DNA of 64,000 nucleotides, taken from Candidatus Omnitrophota bacterium. GTDB taxonomy: Bacteria > Omnitrophota > Gorgyraeia > Gorgyraeales > Gorgyraeaceae. The position numbers and the translations under genes were made by a program. The stretch is from positions 16,988 to 80,987 of the forward strand of contig JAUSEX010000052.1 of assembly GCA_030649895.1 (NCBI GenBank), in the 5' to 3' direction. Of the stretch, positions 37,068 through 46,426 are shown piece by piece. The notes beneath the pieces were generated by a model, which saw only the letters and a list, made by a program, of their open reading frames with translations, was not told the DNA's origin and did not search any database. How positions within the stretch are numbered: position 1 is the first letter of the stretch; each line of letters opens with the position of its first letter.

Positions 37068-38032
37068 CCTAATCTTTTACTGTACCAATCTATGGCTTTT
37101 TTTAAGCCTTCCTCCAGAGTATATCCTGGCGCCCATCCTAAAACTCTTCTGGCTTTAGCGGAACATAGATACTGATGTTTTATCTCATACCGTGCTTGAT
37201 TTAAAATCTTATAATCCGGCTTTCCGCCTATTAAATCATATATCTTTTTCACCATCTCAATTACCGTGATCGGGTTTTCATCGCTAAAATTAAACGCTTC
37301 GCCGCATAGTTTTAACTTCTTCATTTTTTCAGCCAGCGTTATATAGCCATTGACAATATCTTCCACATATACATAATCTCTGGTAAATTTTCCATCGCTT
37401 CTTATAATAAACTGTTTATCGCTAAGAGCACAGCGCATAGCGTCAGGGATAAGTCTTGAAAAATTAGTATCTCCCGGGCCAAAGATATTGCCGCAGCGCG
37501 TTACGCATACAGGAACCTTGTAAGTATTCCAGTAAGTATAACATATAAGATCCGCGCAGCTTTTAGAAACATCATAAGGATGATTGCCTTTTAAAGACGC
37601 GTCTTCTTTATAAGGTAGAACTTTATGACTGCCATACGCTTTATCGCTGGATGCCGCTACTATCGCTTCTATAAATTTTTTATCTCTTGAAGCTTCTAAT
37701 ATATTCCAAGTACCTTCTATATTAGACTTAAATGTTATGACAGGTTTTTTATTTGCCTCGCCTACTATCGCCTCAGCAGCTAAGTGAAAAATAACCTGAG
37801 GCTTATATTTATCAATGAGACTTTTTACCAAGCCAAGGTTAGATATATCGCCTTTTACGCATACTATCCGACTCCTCAATCCAGTTAATAAAGAATCCGG
37901 TCTATTTTTTACCTTATCTATGCCAATAATATCCGCGCCGCAATCCAATAAGGTTTTTGTAAGATTAGAGCCCAGAAAACCTTCGAAACCTGTAACAAGA
38001 ACTTTTTTATTTTTCCAATATTTATTCGTCAT
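37061..38032 (-). CDS. CDP-glucose 4,6-dehydratase-like
   Basis: YWKNKKVLVTG, SSDKAY, PYDVSK, RCGNIFGPGD; follows rfbF. Confidence 0.8.
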   Translation of the reverse strand: MTNKYWKNKKVLVTGFEGFLGSNLTKTLLDCGADIIGIDKVKNRPDSLLTGLRSRIVCVKGDISNLGLVKSLIDKYKPQVIFHLAAEAIVGEANKKPVITFKSNIEGTWNILEASRDKKFIEAIVAASSDKAYGSHKVLPYKEDASLKGNHPYDVSKSCADLICYTYWNTYKVPVCVTRCGNIFGPGDTNFSRLIPDAMRCALSDKQFIIRSDGKFTRDYVYVEDIVNGYITLAEKMKKLKLCGEAFNFSDENPITVIEMVKKIYDLIGGKPDYKILNQARYEIKHQYLCSAKARRVLGWAPGYTLEEGLKKAIDWYSKRLGC

Positions 38033-38823
38033 TTCCAGACCTTCCATATAGCTTTATCACTATCCCACATATGATTTAATATCCCATATTCCCTGGGGGT
38101 ATCCAAGCATTGCCAGAAACCGTTATGCTCATACACGCCAAGCTGTTTATCCTTGACCATCTTAGGCAATACTTCGGTTTCTAATATAAGATCACCGCCC
38201 GGCTTGAAATATTTCTCGATTACACCCTTGTCAAAAAGCATAAATCCGCCATTTATCAGCCCCATTCCCACGTTAGGCTTTTCACTAAATTCCGTAACTA
38301 TATTACCTGATATTTCCATTTCGCCAAATCTACCAGACGGATGAACTCCGGATACTGTCCCTAAAACCTCCGCATCCTTATGTTTTTTTATCAAAGCTTT
38401 TATATCTATATCCGCTACGCCGTCTCCATAGGTAACACTGAACATGTCGCAGTCTTCAAGGTATTTTCTTGCGTTCCATATCCTTGCGCCTGTATAAGCG
38501 TTTTCGCCTGTCTCAACAAGTGTAATATTCCAATCTGATTCGTCATGCATATCATGATACTTTACAGAAGCCGGATCATCCAGTTTTATAGTTATATTCG
38601 AAACCTTGGCTTTATAGTTCAGAAAAAATTCTTTTATGACCCACCCTTTATACCCCAGACATAATACAAAGTCTTTTATGCCATAATGCGCATAAATTTT
38701 CATAATATGCCATACAACAGGCATATTGCCTATGGTCAGCATGGGTTTTGGCAGTACCTCAGAAACATCCCGTATCCTGGTACCTTGTCCGCCGCACAGT
38801 ATAAGCGCTTTTATTTTTGACAT
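38029..38823 (-). CDS. rfbF: Glucose-1-phosphate cytidylyltransferase
   Basis: LCGGQGTR..PKPM, TYGDGVADI, GFWQCLDT. Confidence 0.92.
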   Translation of the reverse strand: MSKIKALILCGGQGTRIRDVSEVLPKPMLTIGNMPVVWHIMKIYAHYGIKDFVLCLGYKGWVIKEFFLNYKAKVSNITIKLDDPASVKYHDMHDESDWNITLVETGENAYTGARIWNARKYLEDCDMFSVTYGDGVADIDIKALIKKHKDAEVLGTVSGVHPSGRFGEMEISGNIVTEFSEKPNVGMGLINGGFMLFDKGVIEKYFKPGGDLILETEVLPKMVKDKQLGVYEHNGFWQCLDTPREYGILNHMWDSDKAIWKVWK

Positions 38824-40145
38824 TTTATCATTCCTTTCATCTTTTCTTCTACCGCCACAATCATAGGCGCTGATAATATTATATAGTAGGGTATGAGCGG
38901 AACGCCATACCGCCCATAACCATATATAAGGCTATATATCAGATTAGTATAGCATATTAATAAAAATAAAAAAATCCATTTCCTCCACATATCTTTCTTG
39001 ATTAACATCCCGCATATAGAGAGTAAAATCAATATATACGCCAAAGACCTGAAAACACCCCTTATCAGGGAAAGCAGGGAGTTGCCATAAGAAAGATTGG
39101 TTATCTTGTCTATAAGATACCTCTGGTCTATCAATATCGACAGGTAGGTAAACTGCGTCATCTTCAGCAGATCAAGAAACGAGACAGCTATGAATTTGAC
39201 GGGCCTTTTCATTATTTTAGATATCATGATATTTTTTATTTCTTCCGGGCTATATCCTTTGCCCTCCAGTTCCGGCAATATCTTTTCTCTGGCAATATCG
39301 TCTTCTTTATGCAAAAAATCCCTCGGGTTATCAACTATATCAGGGAATACCCGCTTTCCCAGATTTTCGGACATAATAAAAACCAGGTTCTGTTTAAAAT
39401 CATTAAAACCATAATCGAGCTTCTGGACCTTGACGCATAAAGGTGTTTCGCTGCCTCCTCTTAACGAAAAACTCCCGCATTTTAAATAATTCCTGGCCAT
39501 CCACGGTATTGTTAAAATCACAAAAGCCATGGTCATAACAGCTATTTTTATAATAAAACCTGCGCGGAATCCTGATTTAAATCTTAAAAATATAAGCCAT
39601 AAAATCAAAATAAAGATGAATGGCAGCATCACTGCCTTACAAAGCGCTGTTATGCCTAACATGCCTCCTGCCAGAAGATAATAAGCTGTCCTATTTGTAA
39701 AATAAATCTTAATACAGCTAAACACTAATACGGAAAGCAGGAACGTAAACAGCGTTTCTGACAATATATAAGCCGGGTAATTGGCGAGCGTGGGGAATAA
39801 AGCCGTTATAGCCATGGAATACACGGCTATCTTTTCACAAAAAATAAGCCTGGCTGTTTTATATACAAAAATAGCGGTTAATAAGAATAATATTATCTGG
39901 GCAAGCTGGACAAAAAAATAGTCGTGATCGAATAACAAGTATATAAGCGCTAAAAAAGCCGGATACGCGGGCTCCCTTCCCATCGCTGGCACGCGGCTAT
40001 CATCCACATATCCATGGCCTTTCGCGAGATTAAAACCTATTGAATCATATCCATAAGAATCAGGCTGCATCGGCTCCCTGGTTAATAATAATAACGCGAA
40101 GCTGAAAACAAAAGACACGCCTAAAATATAAAGAAATTTTTTCAT
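38811..40145 (-). CDS. GT-C/ArnT-like (PMT_2) membrane glycosyltransferase
   Basis: Multiple TM segments; DS..Y, REPAYPAFLA, LSETLF, PWMARNY. Confidence 0.75.
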   Translation of the reverse strand: MKKFLYILGVSFVFSFALLLLTREPMQPDSYGYDSIGFNLAKGHGYVDDSRVPAMGREPAYPAFLALIYLLFDHDYFFVQLAQIILFLLTAIFVYKTARLIFCEKIAVYSMAITALFPTLANYPAYILSETLFTFLLSVLVFSCIKIYFTNRTAYYLLAGGMLGITALCKAVMLPFIFILILWLIFLRFKSGFRAGFIIKIAVMTMAFVILTIPWMARNYLKCGSFSLRGGSETPLCVKVQKLDYGFNDFKQNLVFIMSENLGKRVFPDIVDNPRDFLHKEDDIAREKILPELEGKGYSPEEIKNIMISKIMKRPVKFIAVSFLDLLKMTQFTYLSILIDQRYLIDKITNLSYGNSLLSLIRGVFRSLAYILILLSICGMLIKKDMWRKWIFLFLLICYTNLIYSLIYGYGRYGVPLIPYYIILSAPMIVAVEEKMKGMIKCQK

Positions 40146-40167
40146 ATGCGCCTCTTATCAGAACCAG

Positions 40168-41301
40168 TCAATTCAAGGCCTTGTTGTATATCCCTTCCAG
40201 CCGGTTTATATAAAATCCTGGCGTAAAAATTTCCTTGACCTTTACCTCGGCATACGCGGCTTTTGCGGATTTTGCTTTGTTCTCTATTTTATTTATAATC
40301 GCGCCTGCCAGGGCGTAGGCATTATTGGGTTTTACAAGAGTTATGCCGTCCAATTCTTCCGCTATCTCATTTATGCCGCCTACCTCGCTTGCTACGCAAG
40401 GCACCCTCAAAGACGCAGCTTCTAATAACGCTATGCCAAGGCCTTCGCTCAGCGAAGGCATCACAAACAGGTCCAGCGCGCTCAGGAATCCCAATATGCC
40501 TAAGCGCCTCCCGAGAAAAATAACATTTTTTTCGATTGATAGCATCCTTGATTTTTCTGTCAGGCGCCTGTATAGATACCCGTCTCCGACAATAAATAGC
40601 ATCGCGCTCTTACATTCCGCAAGGACTATTTTAAAAGCATCCAGCAGAATATCATGGCCTTTTTCCTTCCTGAGGGTGCCTACAGCTCCTACTACAAAAA
40701 CATCTTCCCTTGCGCCCAGTCTTCTCCTCTCATCCTCCCTGACAGGTTTTGATTTCATTAAATCCAAATCCACGCAATTATAAAGCACCTCTATCTTATC
40801 GCTACTAAGGGCTTCCTGAGCCATTAAAAAATCCTTGACGCTTTTTGATGGAACGATGATCTTATATGTAAAACCGGATAATATCCTGTCGATCAATATG
40901 TGATACCACCTCTTCCACGCGTACATACCATGCTCTTCTATTATAACCGGCGTACTGACCAGCATACCTACTATGCGGGCATGAAAATTCGCGTTAAACA
41001 GCGCGCTCTGGATCAAATCCGGCTTTATCTTCCTGACCAGCTTGTATAATTTGTAAGTGGCCGCCAAGTTATAAAATTTGTCATTAATATTCAGGCAGAT
41101 GACATTCCCGCCATTTTTTATTACTTCTTCTCCGATAATCCCTATTCTATTTATGCAGCAATATGTTATACGGTATTTCTCCTTATTTATATATTTTTGT
41201 ATGCAAAGCTTGAGCTGTTCAGCCCCGCCCATTTCTAAATCCTGCATAATAAATAATATATTCTTTCTAGAATCTGTCATTGCCTGCATAGCCTTATGCA
41301 T
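40168..41301 (-). CDS. Glycosyltransferase family 4
   Basis: MGGAE, EKGH, EGLGIALLEA. Confidence 0.9.
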   Translation of the reverse strand: MHKAMQAMTDSRKNILFIMQDLEMGGAEQLKLCIQKYINKEKYRITYCCINRIGIIGEEVIKNGGNVICLNINDKFYNLAATYKLYKLVRKIKPDLIQSALFNANFHARIVGMLVSTPVIIEEHGMYAWKRWYHILIDRILSGFTYKIIVPSKSVKDFLMAQEALSSDKIEVLYNCVDLDLMKSKPVREDERRRLGAREDVFVVGAVGTLRKEKGHDILLDAFKIVLAECKSAMLFIVGDGYLYRRLTEKSRMLSIEKNVIFLGRRLGILGFLSALDLFVMPSLSEGLGIALLEAASLRVPCVASEVGGINEIAEELDGITLVKPNNAYALAGAIINKIENKAKSAKAAYAEVKVKEIFTPGFYINRLEGIYNKALN

Positions 41302-42202
41302 ATAGGCCTCTTATATGAGAAAGCTTGCAGAATGTCACGCCGATCTCACGGCAATATCCTATTATGGATTCAAGATCGCCAATAAGCCTGTTGCAATCTT
41401 CCTGATTTCTGGAATAGGGACTCGCTCCTGGATAAAACTCCATACTGTGGAACATCATGTTCAGTACAATAACGTCAGATGAAGAATACTTACTGATAAA
41501 TTTATGGACAAGCCTTTTCATATCATGCGGACTATTAAAAGACGGCCTGAGCCAGACAGGCCTGTTGAAAAATTTGTATACGCTATTCAGAAAAATTATC
41601 GAAACCGGTACCTCCAGTAAAATCTTATCCCCGCTTTTATTCTTTATAAAATACGGCTGGTCAGAGAATTTTGTAAAATTCGGGCCTCCTATATTACGCC
41701 AGGAAACGCCAGGCGTAACGCTTGTATCCACTAGATATCCCAGGGACGCGAGAGACGACGCGGTATTATCGCCAAACCCGAATTTACCGCCCCTGTAAAC
41801 CTTGGAGCTACAGCCTATCTTTTCCTCAAACAATCTTGTAAGATTAGACAGCTTTTCCTTTTCTACGCTGATATCCAGATTATTGGAAAATTCCGTGGAA
41901 TATGTCCCGGCGTATTTTAAATATTTCTTTTCAGGCCCTATGTATTCCGGATGCAGATGAGTCCCTAATTCGCTCTCATCACGGATAGGTTTCAGGATCC
42001 TTACTGATTCATCATCTTCGAGAACTTCGGTTGTCAGAAGATATGTCCCGATGGCTCCGTATTTTTTAAATACAGGCTGTAATACATTTGGGATACTTTC
42101 GGTTACGGATTTAAAAGCCAGAGGAGATGACTTTGTCCAATCAGTAGAGTGGTCGGCTTCTGTATCTATAGTAATCACTAAATATACGGCTGGTTTGTTC
42201 AT
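41294..42202 (-). CDS. Polysaccharide deacetylase-like (WalW-type)
   Basis: TIDTE, ELGTHLHP, DTSVTP, MFHSME. Confidence 0.8.
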   Translation of the reverse strand: MNKPAVYLVITIDTEADHSTDWTKSSPLAFKSVTESIPNVLQPVFKKYGAIGTYLLTTEVLEDDESVRILKPIRDESELGTHLHPEYIGPEKKYLKYAGTYSTEFSNNLDISVEKEKLSNLTRLFEEKIGCSSKVYRGGKFGFGDNTASSLASLGYLVDTSVTPGVSWRNIGGPNFTKFSDQPYFIKNKSGDKILLEVPVSIIFLNSVYKFFNRPVWLRPSFNSPHDMKRLVHKFISKYSSSDVIVLNMMFHSMEFYPGASPYSRNQEDCNRLIGDLESIIGYCREIGVTFCKLSHIRGLYA

Positions 42203-43101
42203 TTTTTCAGTATAGCGCAGTAATTATACCCTAAATACTTTATAAACCGCTTGTCGCCTAAAAATCTGGCAAGAGGTTCAAATATTTTTGAAATAACAAC
42301 TGTTAGCTTCAAAGACACGGTAAGTAATAGCGGATACGGCGCGAATACGGTAGTAAAAGACCGCTGAATAATAAAACCGGCATTTTGAAATTCCCTATTC
42401 CACCTGCATGGCGTATGGCTTATCATTTCTATAAAAGAATTCCTGTAAGCCCCATGAGGCCCGGGAAACGGGAAATACTTATAATTCTCTTTCAATTTGG
42501 AAAAACTCTGGACAGTTATTTTGCCGACATCATGACAAGCGTTGTTTCGTCTGAATATCCTCTCTTTTACCAGTCCAAAAAATTTCACGGCGAAATAAAG
42601 ATAAAATTGAAAGAACGCGTAAATGCGCTCCATAAAATTAGGGACCACCAATATGACCATGCCCTCCTTTTTGACAACCCTCTTCAGCTCGCTTAACGCC
42701 TGGGCCTTACTCTTAAGATAATGCATGACATATGAAGAAAAGATTATATCAAACGTTTCATTCTTAAACGGCAGGCACTCTATCGAACATGCGGAAATAG
42801 AGATATTAGCCGCGCTCATTTTTGAAACAAGCCTCCTGGCGCTGTCAAGGCCTACGGTATGTGTTTTAGCGTCTTTCGAATACAAATCCGAGGCCACGAC
42901 CCTTTTTGAGATATTGGATATCAAGTAAGATGCGAATCCATTGCCGCAGCCTATATCCAAAACCACGCCCGGTTCATTCAGCCCGGCGTATCTTAAAAGA
43001 TTTCCTACCTCAAGGCCTCTCATAAGATAATAACCGTTCCATGGCTGCTCTCCGGCCGCGGCCTTAATACTTTTACCTACGATTGAATTTATATCAAGCA
43101 T
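42199..43101 (-). CDS. Class I SAM methyltransferase
   Basis: VLDIGCGNG, LPF..FD, ELKRV. Confidence 0.88.
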   Translation of the reverse strand: MLDINSIVGKSIKAAAGEQPWNGYYLMRGLEVGNLLRYAGLNEPGVVLDIGCGNGFASYLISNISKRVVASDLYSKDAKTHTVGLDSARRLVSKMSAANISISACSIECLPFKNETFDIIFSSYVMHYLKSKAQALSELKRVVKKEGMVILVVPNFMERIYAFFQFYLYFAVKFFGLVKERIFRRNNACHDVGKITVQSFSKLKENYKYFPFPGPHGAYRNSFIEMISHTPCRWNREFQNAGFIIQRSFTTVFAPYPLLLTVSLKLTVVISKIFEPLARFLGDKRFIKYLGYNYCAILKK

Positions 43102-43112
43102 GCTTTAAATAC

Positions 43113-44585
43113 CTATTTAATTTTGCAATCCGGGTTATAATACCTGTTAAATCTAAGCAGAATAAATATCTCAAACGGGAAGGCAAAAAATCTATTTTTA
43201 AGCCTGAATTTTGCCAAATTATAAAAAAACTTTTTTCCAAAAGTCCGCAATAATGACGTGCTTTTTGAATGAGTCAGAAGCTTCCCGTATTTATCTATCC
43301 TGTAAAAAAGCTCGCTCGTGTTCTTATCCGCCCACGGCAGCCAGGTAATCGGAATAGACCTTCCAAACGCGTCATAGATCTCATAATCCTCTGTCTTTTG
43401 AGGCAGTTTAAATCCCTCTTTTATGGCAAGCTTATAACCGTCTGTGCCGGGAAAAGGCAGAAATGTCTGATGCGTTACAACTATATCCGGTATTATTCTT
43501 GCCAGTTCTAAGCCAAGATTTATAGTGTCCTTTATCTCCGCAAGTGTTTCCGTAGGATAGCCTAATATAAAAGAACTACCTACCGCTATATTTCTATATT
43601 TTGAAAGAATCTTGAACTTTTCCAATATCATTTTTTTATTTGTATTTTTATTCATAAGAGAAAGTACTCTGTCATTGCCGGATTCCACGCCCGCATAGAC
43701 CTTCCTAACGCCTAACTCATTTATTTTTTTCATGGAATCTTCTGTAATCTCGTCTACTCTGAGTTGAAATTCCGCGCAAGTAATGCCTATTTCTTTTAAC
43801 CTGGAGAGTATTTCAAATGACCTGTTTCTATCTACAAAAAAATGATCGTCTGTAAACGCTATAGCTTCTATGCGGCACGTTTCCTTAATTCGCTGTATAT
43901 CGGAAATAACCCTTTTTATGGAATGCGCCCGCCATCTTCTCTTATTAAAAACTTTATTATAGCAAAAAGAACAATCATGAGGGCATCCTCTTGATGTTAT
44001 GTATATAAAACCTTTTGTGTTTCTGCCAGGAAACTCAATCAAACATTTTTGCATATCCACAAGCGACCAGTCTACCCGAATCTCATCCAGATCTTTAATA
44101 AAATCACGTTCTTTATTGAATATGAGCTTCCCGTCTTTTTTATATCCTATGCCATCTATGAGCTCAAGGGGCTTACCCTGCGATAAGGCATCAGCGAGTT
44201 CCAGCGCAGTTTTCTCACCCTCACCTATGGCTATAATGTCTACATAACTCTCTCTCAGAGTTCCTTCCTGTATAAGCGATGGGTGACATCCACCCCAGAT
44301 TATTAACATTCCCTCATTTAACTCTTTAATCTTCCTTGATAAAATCGCTGAAAATTTTGTCTGCGGCCCTGTCAAAACCGAGAATCCTATAAAAAGATAA
44401 TCCTCCTTCAATATCTCTTTTGCTTTTTCGTCCGCGAATGACCTGTCTTCGAATAACTTCGATGAAATTATCTCTAATTTCACGTCATAACCGTTGTCTT
44501 TTAAATAAGAGCCTATGTAAAGCAGGCCAAGAGGATTATAGACAGATTCATTTTCAATTTTTAATAGAAGTATTTTCTTTTTCAT
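43113..44585 (-). CDS. B12-binding radical SAM protein
   Basis: PLGLLY, WGGCHP, SRGCPHDCSFC. Confidence 0.9.
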   Translation of the reverse strand: MKKKILLLKIENESVYNPLGLLYIGSYLKDNGYDVKLEIISSKLFEDRSFADEKAKEILKEDYLFIGFSVLTGPQTKFSAILSRKIKELNEGMLIIWGGCHPSLIQEGTLRESYVDIIAIGEGEKTALELADALSQGKPLELIDGIGYKKDGKLIFNKERDFIKDLDEIRVDWSLVDMQKCLIEFPGRNTKGFIYITSRGCPHDCSFCYNKVFNKRRWRAHSIKRVISDIQRIKETCRIEAIAFTDDHFFVDRNRSFEILSRLKEIGITCAEFQLRVDEITEDSMKKINELGVRKVYAGVESGNDRVLSLMNKNTNKKMILEKFKILSKYRNIAVGSSFILGYPTETLAEIKDTINLGLELARIIPDIVVTHQTFLPFPGTDGYKLAIKEGFKLPQKTEDYEIYDAFGRSIPITWLPWADKNTSELFYRIDKYGKLLTHSKSTSLLRTFGKKFFYNLAKFRLKNRFFAFPFEIFILLRFNRYYNPDCKIK

Positions 44586-46426
44586 ATATACCCCTTAAAC
44601 CAATAATACGCTATGCCGAGATATTCATGGGTAATAGCTTTTATCTGTTCCATCCTTGCCCCTTCTTTATTGTCATAAAACTGGCTATATTCAACAGGCG
44701 TATAAATAACATCCAAACCTCTGTCCCATTTATTAAACACCAAAGCTGCGCGGCGCATGTTATATGGCGAAGAAACCAGCAATACGGAACGCCAGTTATT
44801 CCTGTCCAATATTTCCTTTGAAAATATTACGTTCTCGTAAGCGCTGTTTGCCTTTTGTTCCAAAATAATATTCCTTTCCGGGATGCCCATGGAAACCGCG
44901 AAAAGTTTCATATTTTCAGCGTCATTATAGTTATAGATATACCCGGACGAGAATATTATCTTATCCGCATATCCTCCTTTGTACAGCTTGACGGCATACC
45001 TTGCCCTCTCGATAGTACTCTTGCCCGGGCTGCCTGTCTCGCCTACGCCTCCGCCAAAAACCAGGATAGCATCCGCTTTTCTTGGGGCATCGGCTATCCT
45101 CAGGGGATCAGCCAAGAACCATAAAAGAGGGGTTTTAAACAACACTACATAAATAAGGAAGCATACCGCTACAGCGCAAAACAGTTTTCTCCTGGCGATT
45201 CTATAGAAATTCACGAGGTTTTCCTTCCACATCGCTTCCGCATCTATTCTTTTTCTTTTAATTTCACGCTCGATTAAGTCACTCATTTTCTCAATGCGTT
45301 TTTCCCAGTTATTTTGCCTGGCTATATCAATCCTTTTATTCTTCAGCACAGGCTCTTCTTCTCTTAGGGCCTTGTCAACGCATGATATGAATTCCTTCTC
45401 ATCCCCGGCTGTATAAATAGCGCCTTTGTTTTCGGCACAAAATAGCCGGATTTCCGGCAAATCCGTTGAAATGACAGGCTTGCCCATCGCAAGATACTCG
45501 TTTAATTTTGTAGGGTAGACATTTATCGTATAATCATTGATAAGGTACGGGATAATACACGCGTCAAAATATTTTATAAAAAGAGGCACCTCTTCATGTT
45601 TCTTCTTGCCTAAAAAATAAACATTCTTAAGGCCTAATATCAAAGATATATCTGTCTGCACTGGCCCTATAAAAACAAAAGAATAATCCGAATAGATATT
45701 CGCTGTTTTCTTTATCAAGGGCAGATCGATACACTTGTGCACCCCTCCCACATACCCTATTACAGGGTGTTTAATATTTTTTAACTCTTCCGGCATAGTA
45801 GTATTTTTATCCCTCAGCCCTTCGAACTTTTTGAAATTCACGGCGAACGGAAAATTATACACCTGTTTATTGTACCTGGCGCTATGATTGTATAACTCTT
45901 TCGAGGTTACAAAGACCATGTCCGCTTTTTTTAATAATTTCTCTTCTGATTTCCTTATATTCCTTGCCGATGAGGAAGTAGCCGCGAAGTTATCAATGCA
46001 ATAATAGACCATGATCTTTTTGAGTAAATTATCCGTTATATCCAGACTTAAAGGCGTCGGCAAAAATGTCCATACAACAGGGTCCACAAAATCCATTACC
46101 TTCATCCATTTATCTAAAACAGATGATATCAAAAAATAGTTTACCCATCTCGCGATACGGGAATAAGGAAAAGGCAGTACTATGGGAGAGAATATATAAA
46201 GGTTTTCGGCTTCTTTTCTTATCCCTTTGACTCCCCTGATCCAGTTCCTGATCCTGCTCTTGATGCGCGAGATGTCTCTCATGCCCGGAGCCCTGACTCC
46301 TGTATTCTCTATAAAAAGCACCCTGTTGCCGTTTTCTGCCAAAACGCTCATTATCTCCTGATGGCCCTGCCATATAAAGTCCCAATCGATGCTGGATATG
46401 CAGATTATATTTTCGCCTTTAAGCAT
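44582..46426 (-). CDS. Glycosyltransferase (GT4-like) fused to a DUF218/YdcF domain
   Basis: WQGHQE, YYCID, PTKLNEYLAMG; TM helix; ADAILVFGGG..SSPYNMRRA. Confidence 0.85.
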   Translation of the reverse strand: MLKGENIICISSIDWDFIWQGHQEIMSVLAENGNRVLFIENTGVRAPGMRDISRIKSRIRNWIRGVKGIRKEAENLYIFSPIVLPFPYSRIARWVNYFLISSVLDKWMKVMDFVDPVVWTFLPTPLSLDITDNLLKKIMVYYCIDNFAATSSSARNIRKSEEKLLKKADMVFVTSKELYNHSARYNKQVYNFPFAVNFKKFEGLRDKNTTMPEELKNIKHPVIGYVGGVHKCIDLPLIKKTANIYSDYSFVFIGPVQTDISLILGLKNVYFLGKKKHEEVPLFIKYFDACIIPYLINDYTINVYPTKLNEYLAMGKPVISTDLPEIRLFCAENKGAIYTAGDEKEFISCVDKALREEEPVLKNKRIDIARQNNWEKRIEKMSDLIEREIKRKRIDAEAMWKENLVNFYRIARRKLFCAVAVCFLIYVVLFKTPLLWFLADPLRIADAPRKADAILVFGGGVGETGSPGKSTIERARYAVKLYKGGYADKIIFSSGYIYNYNDAENMKLFAVSMGIPERNIILEQKANSAYENVIFSKEILDRNNWRSVLLVSSPYNMRRAALVFNKWDRGLDVIYTPVEYSQFYDNKEGARMEQIKAITHEYLGIAYYWFKGYI

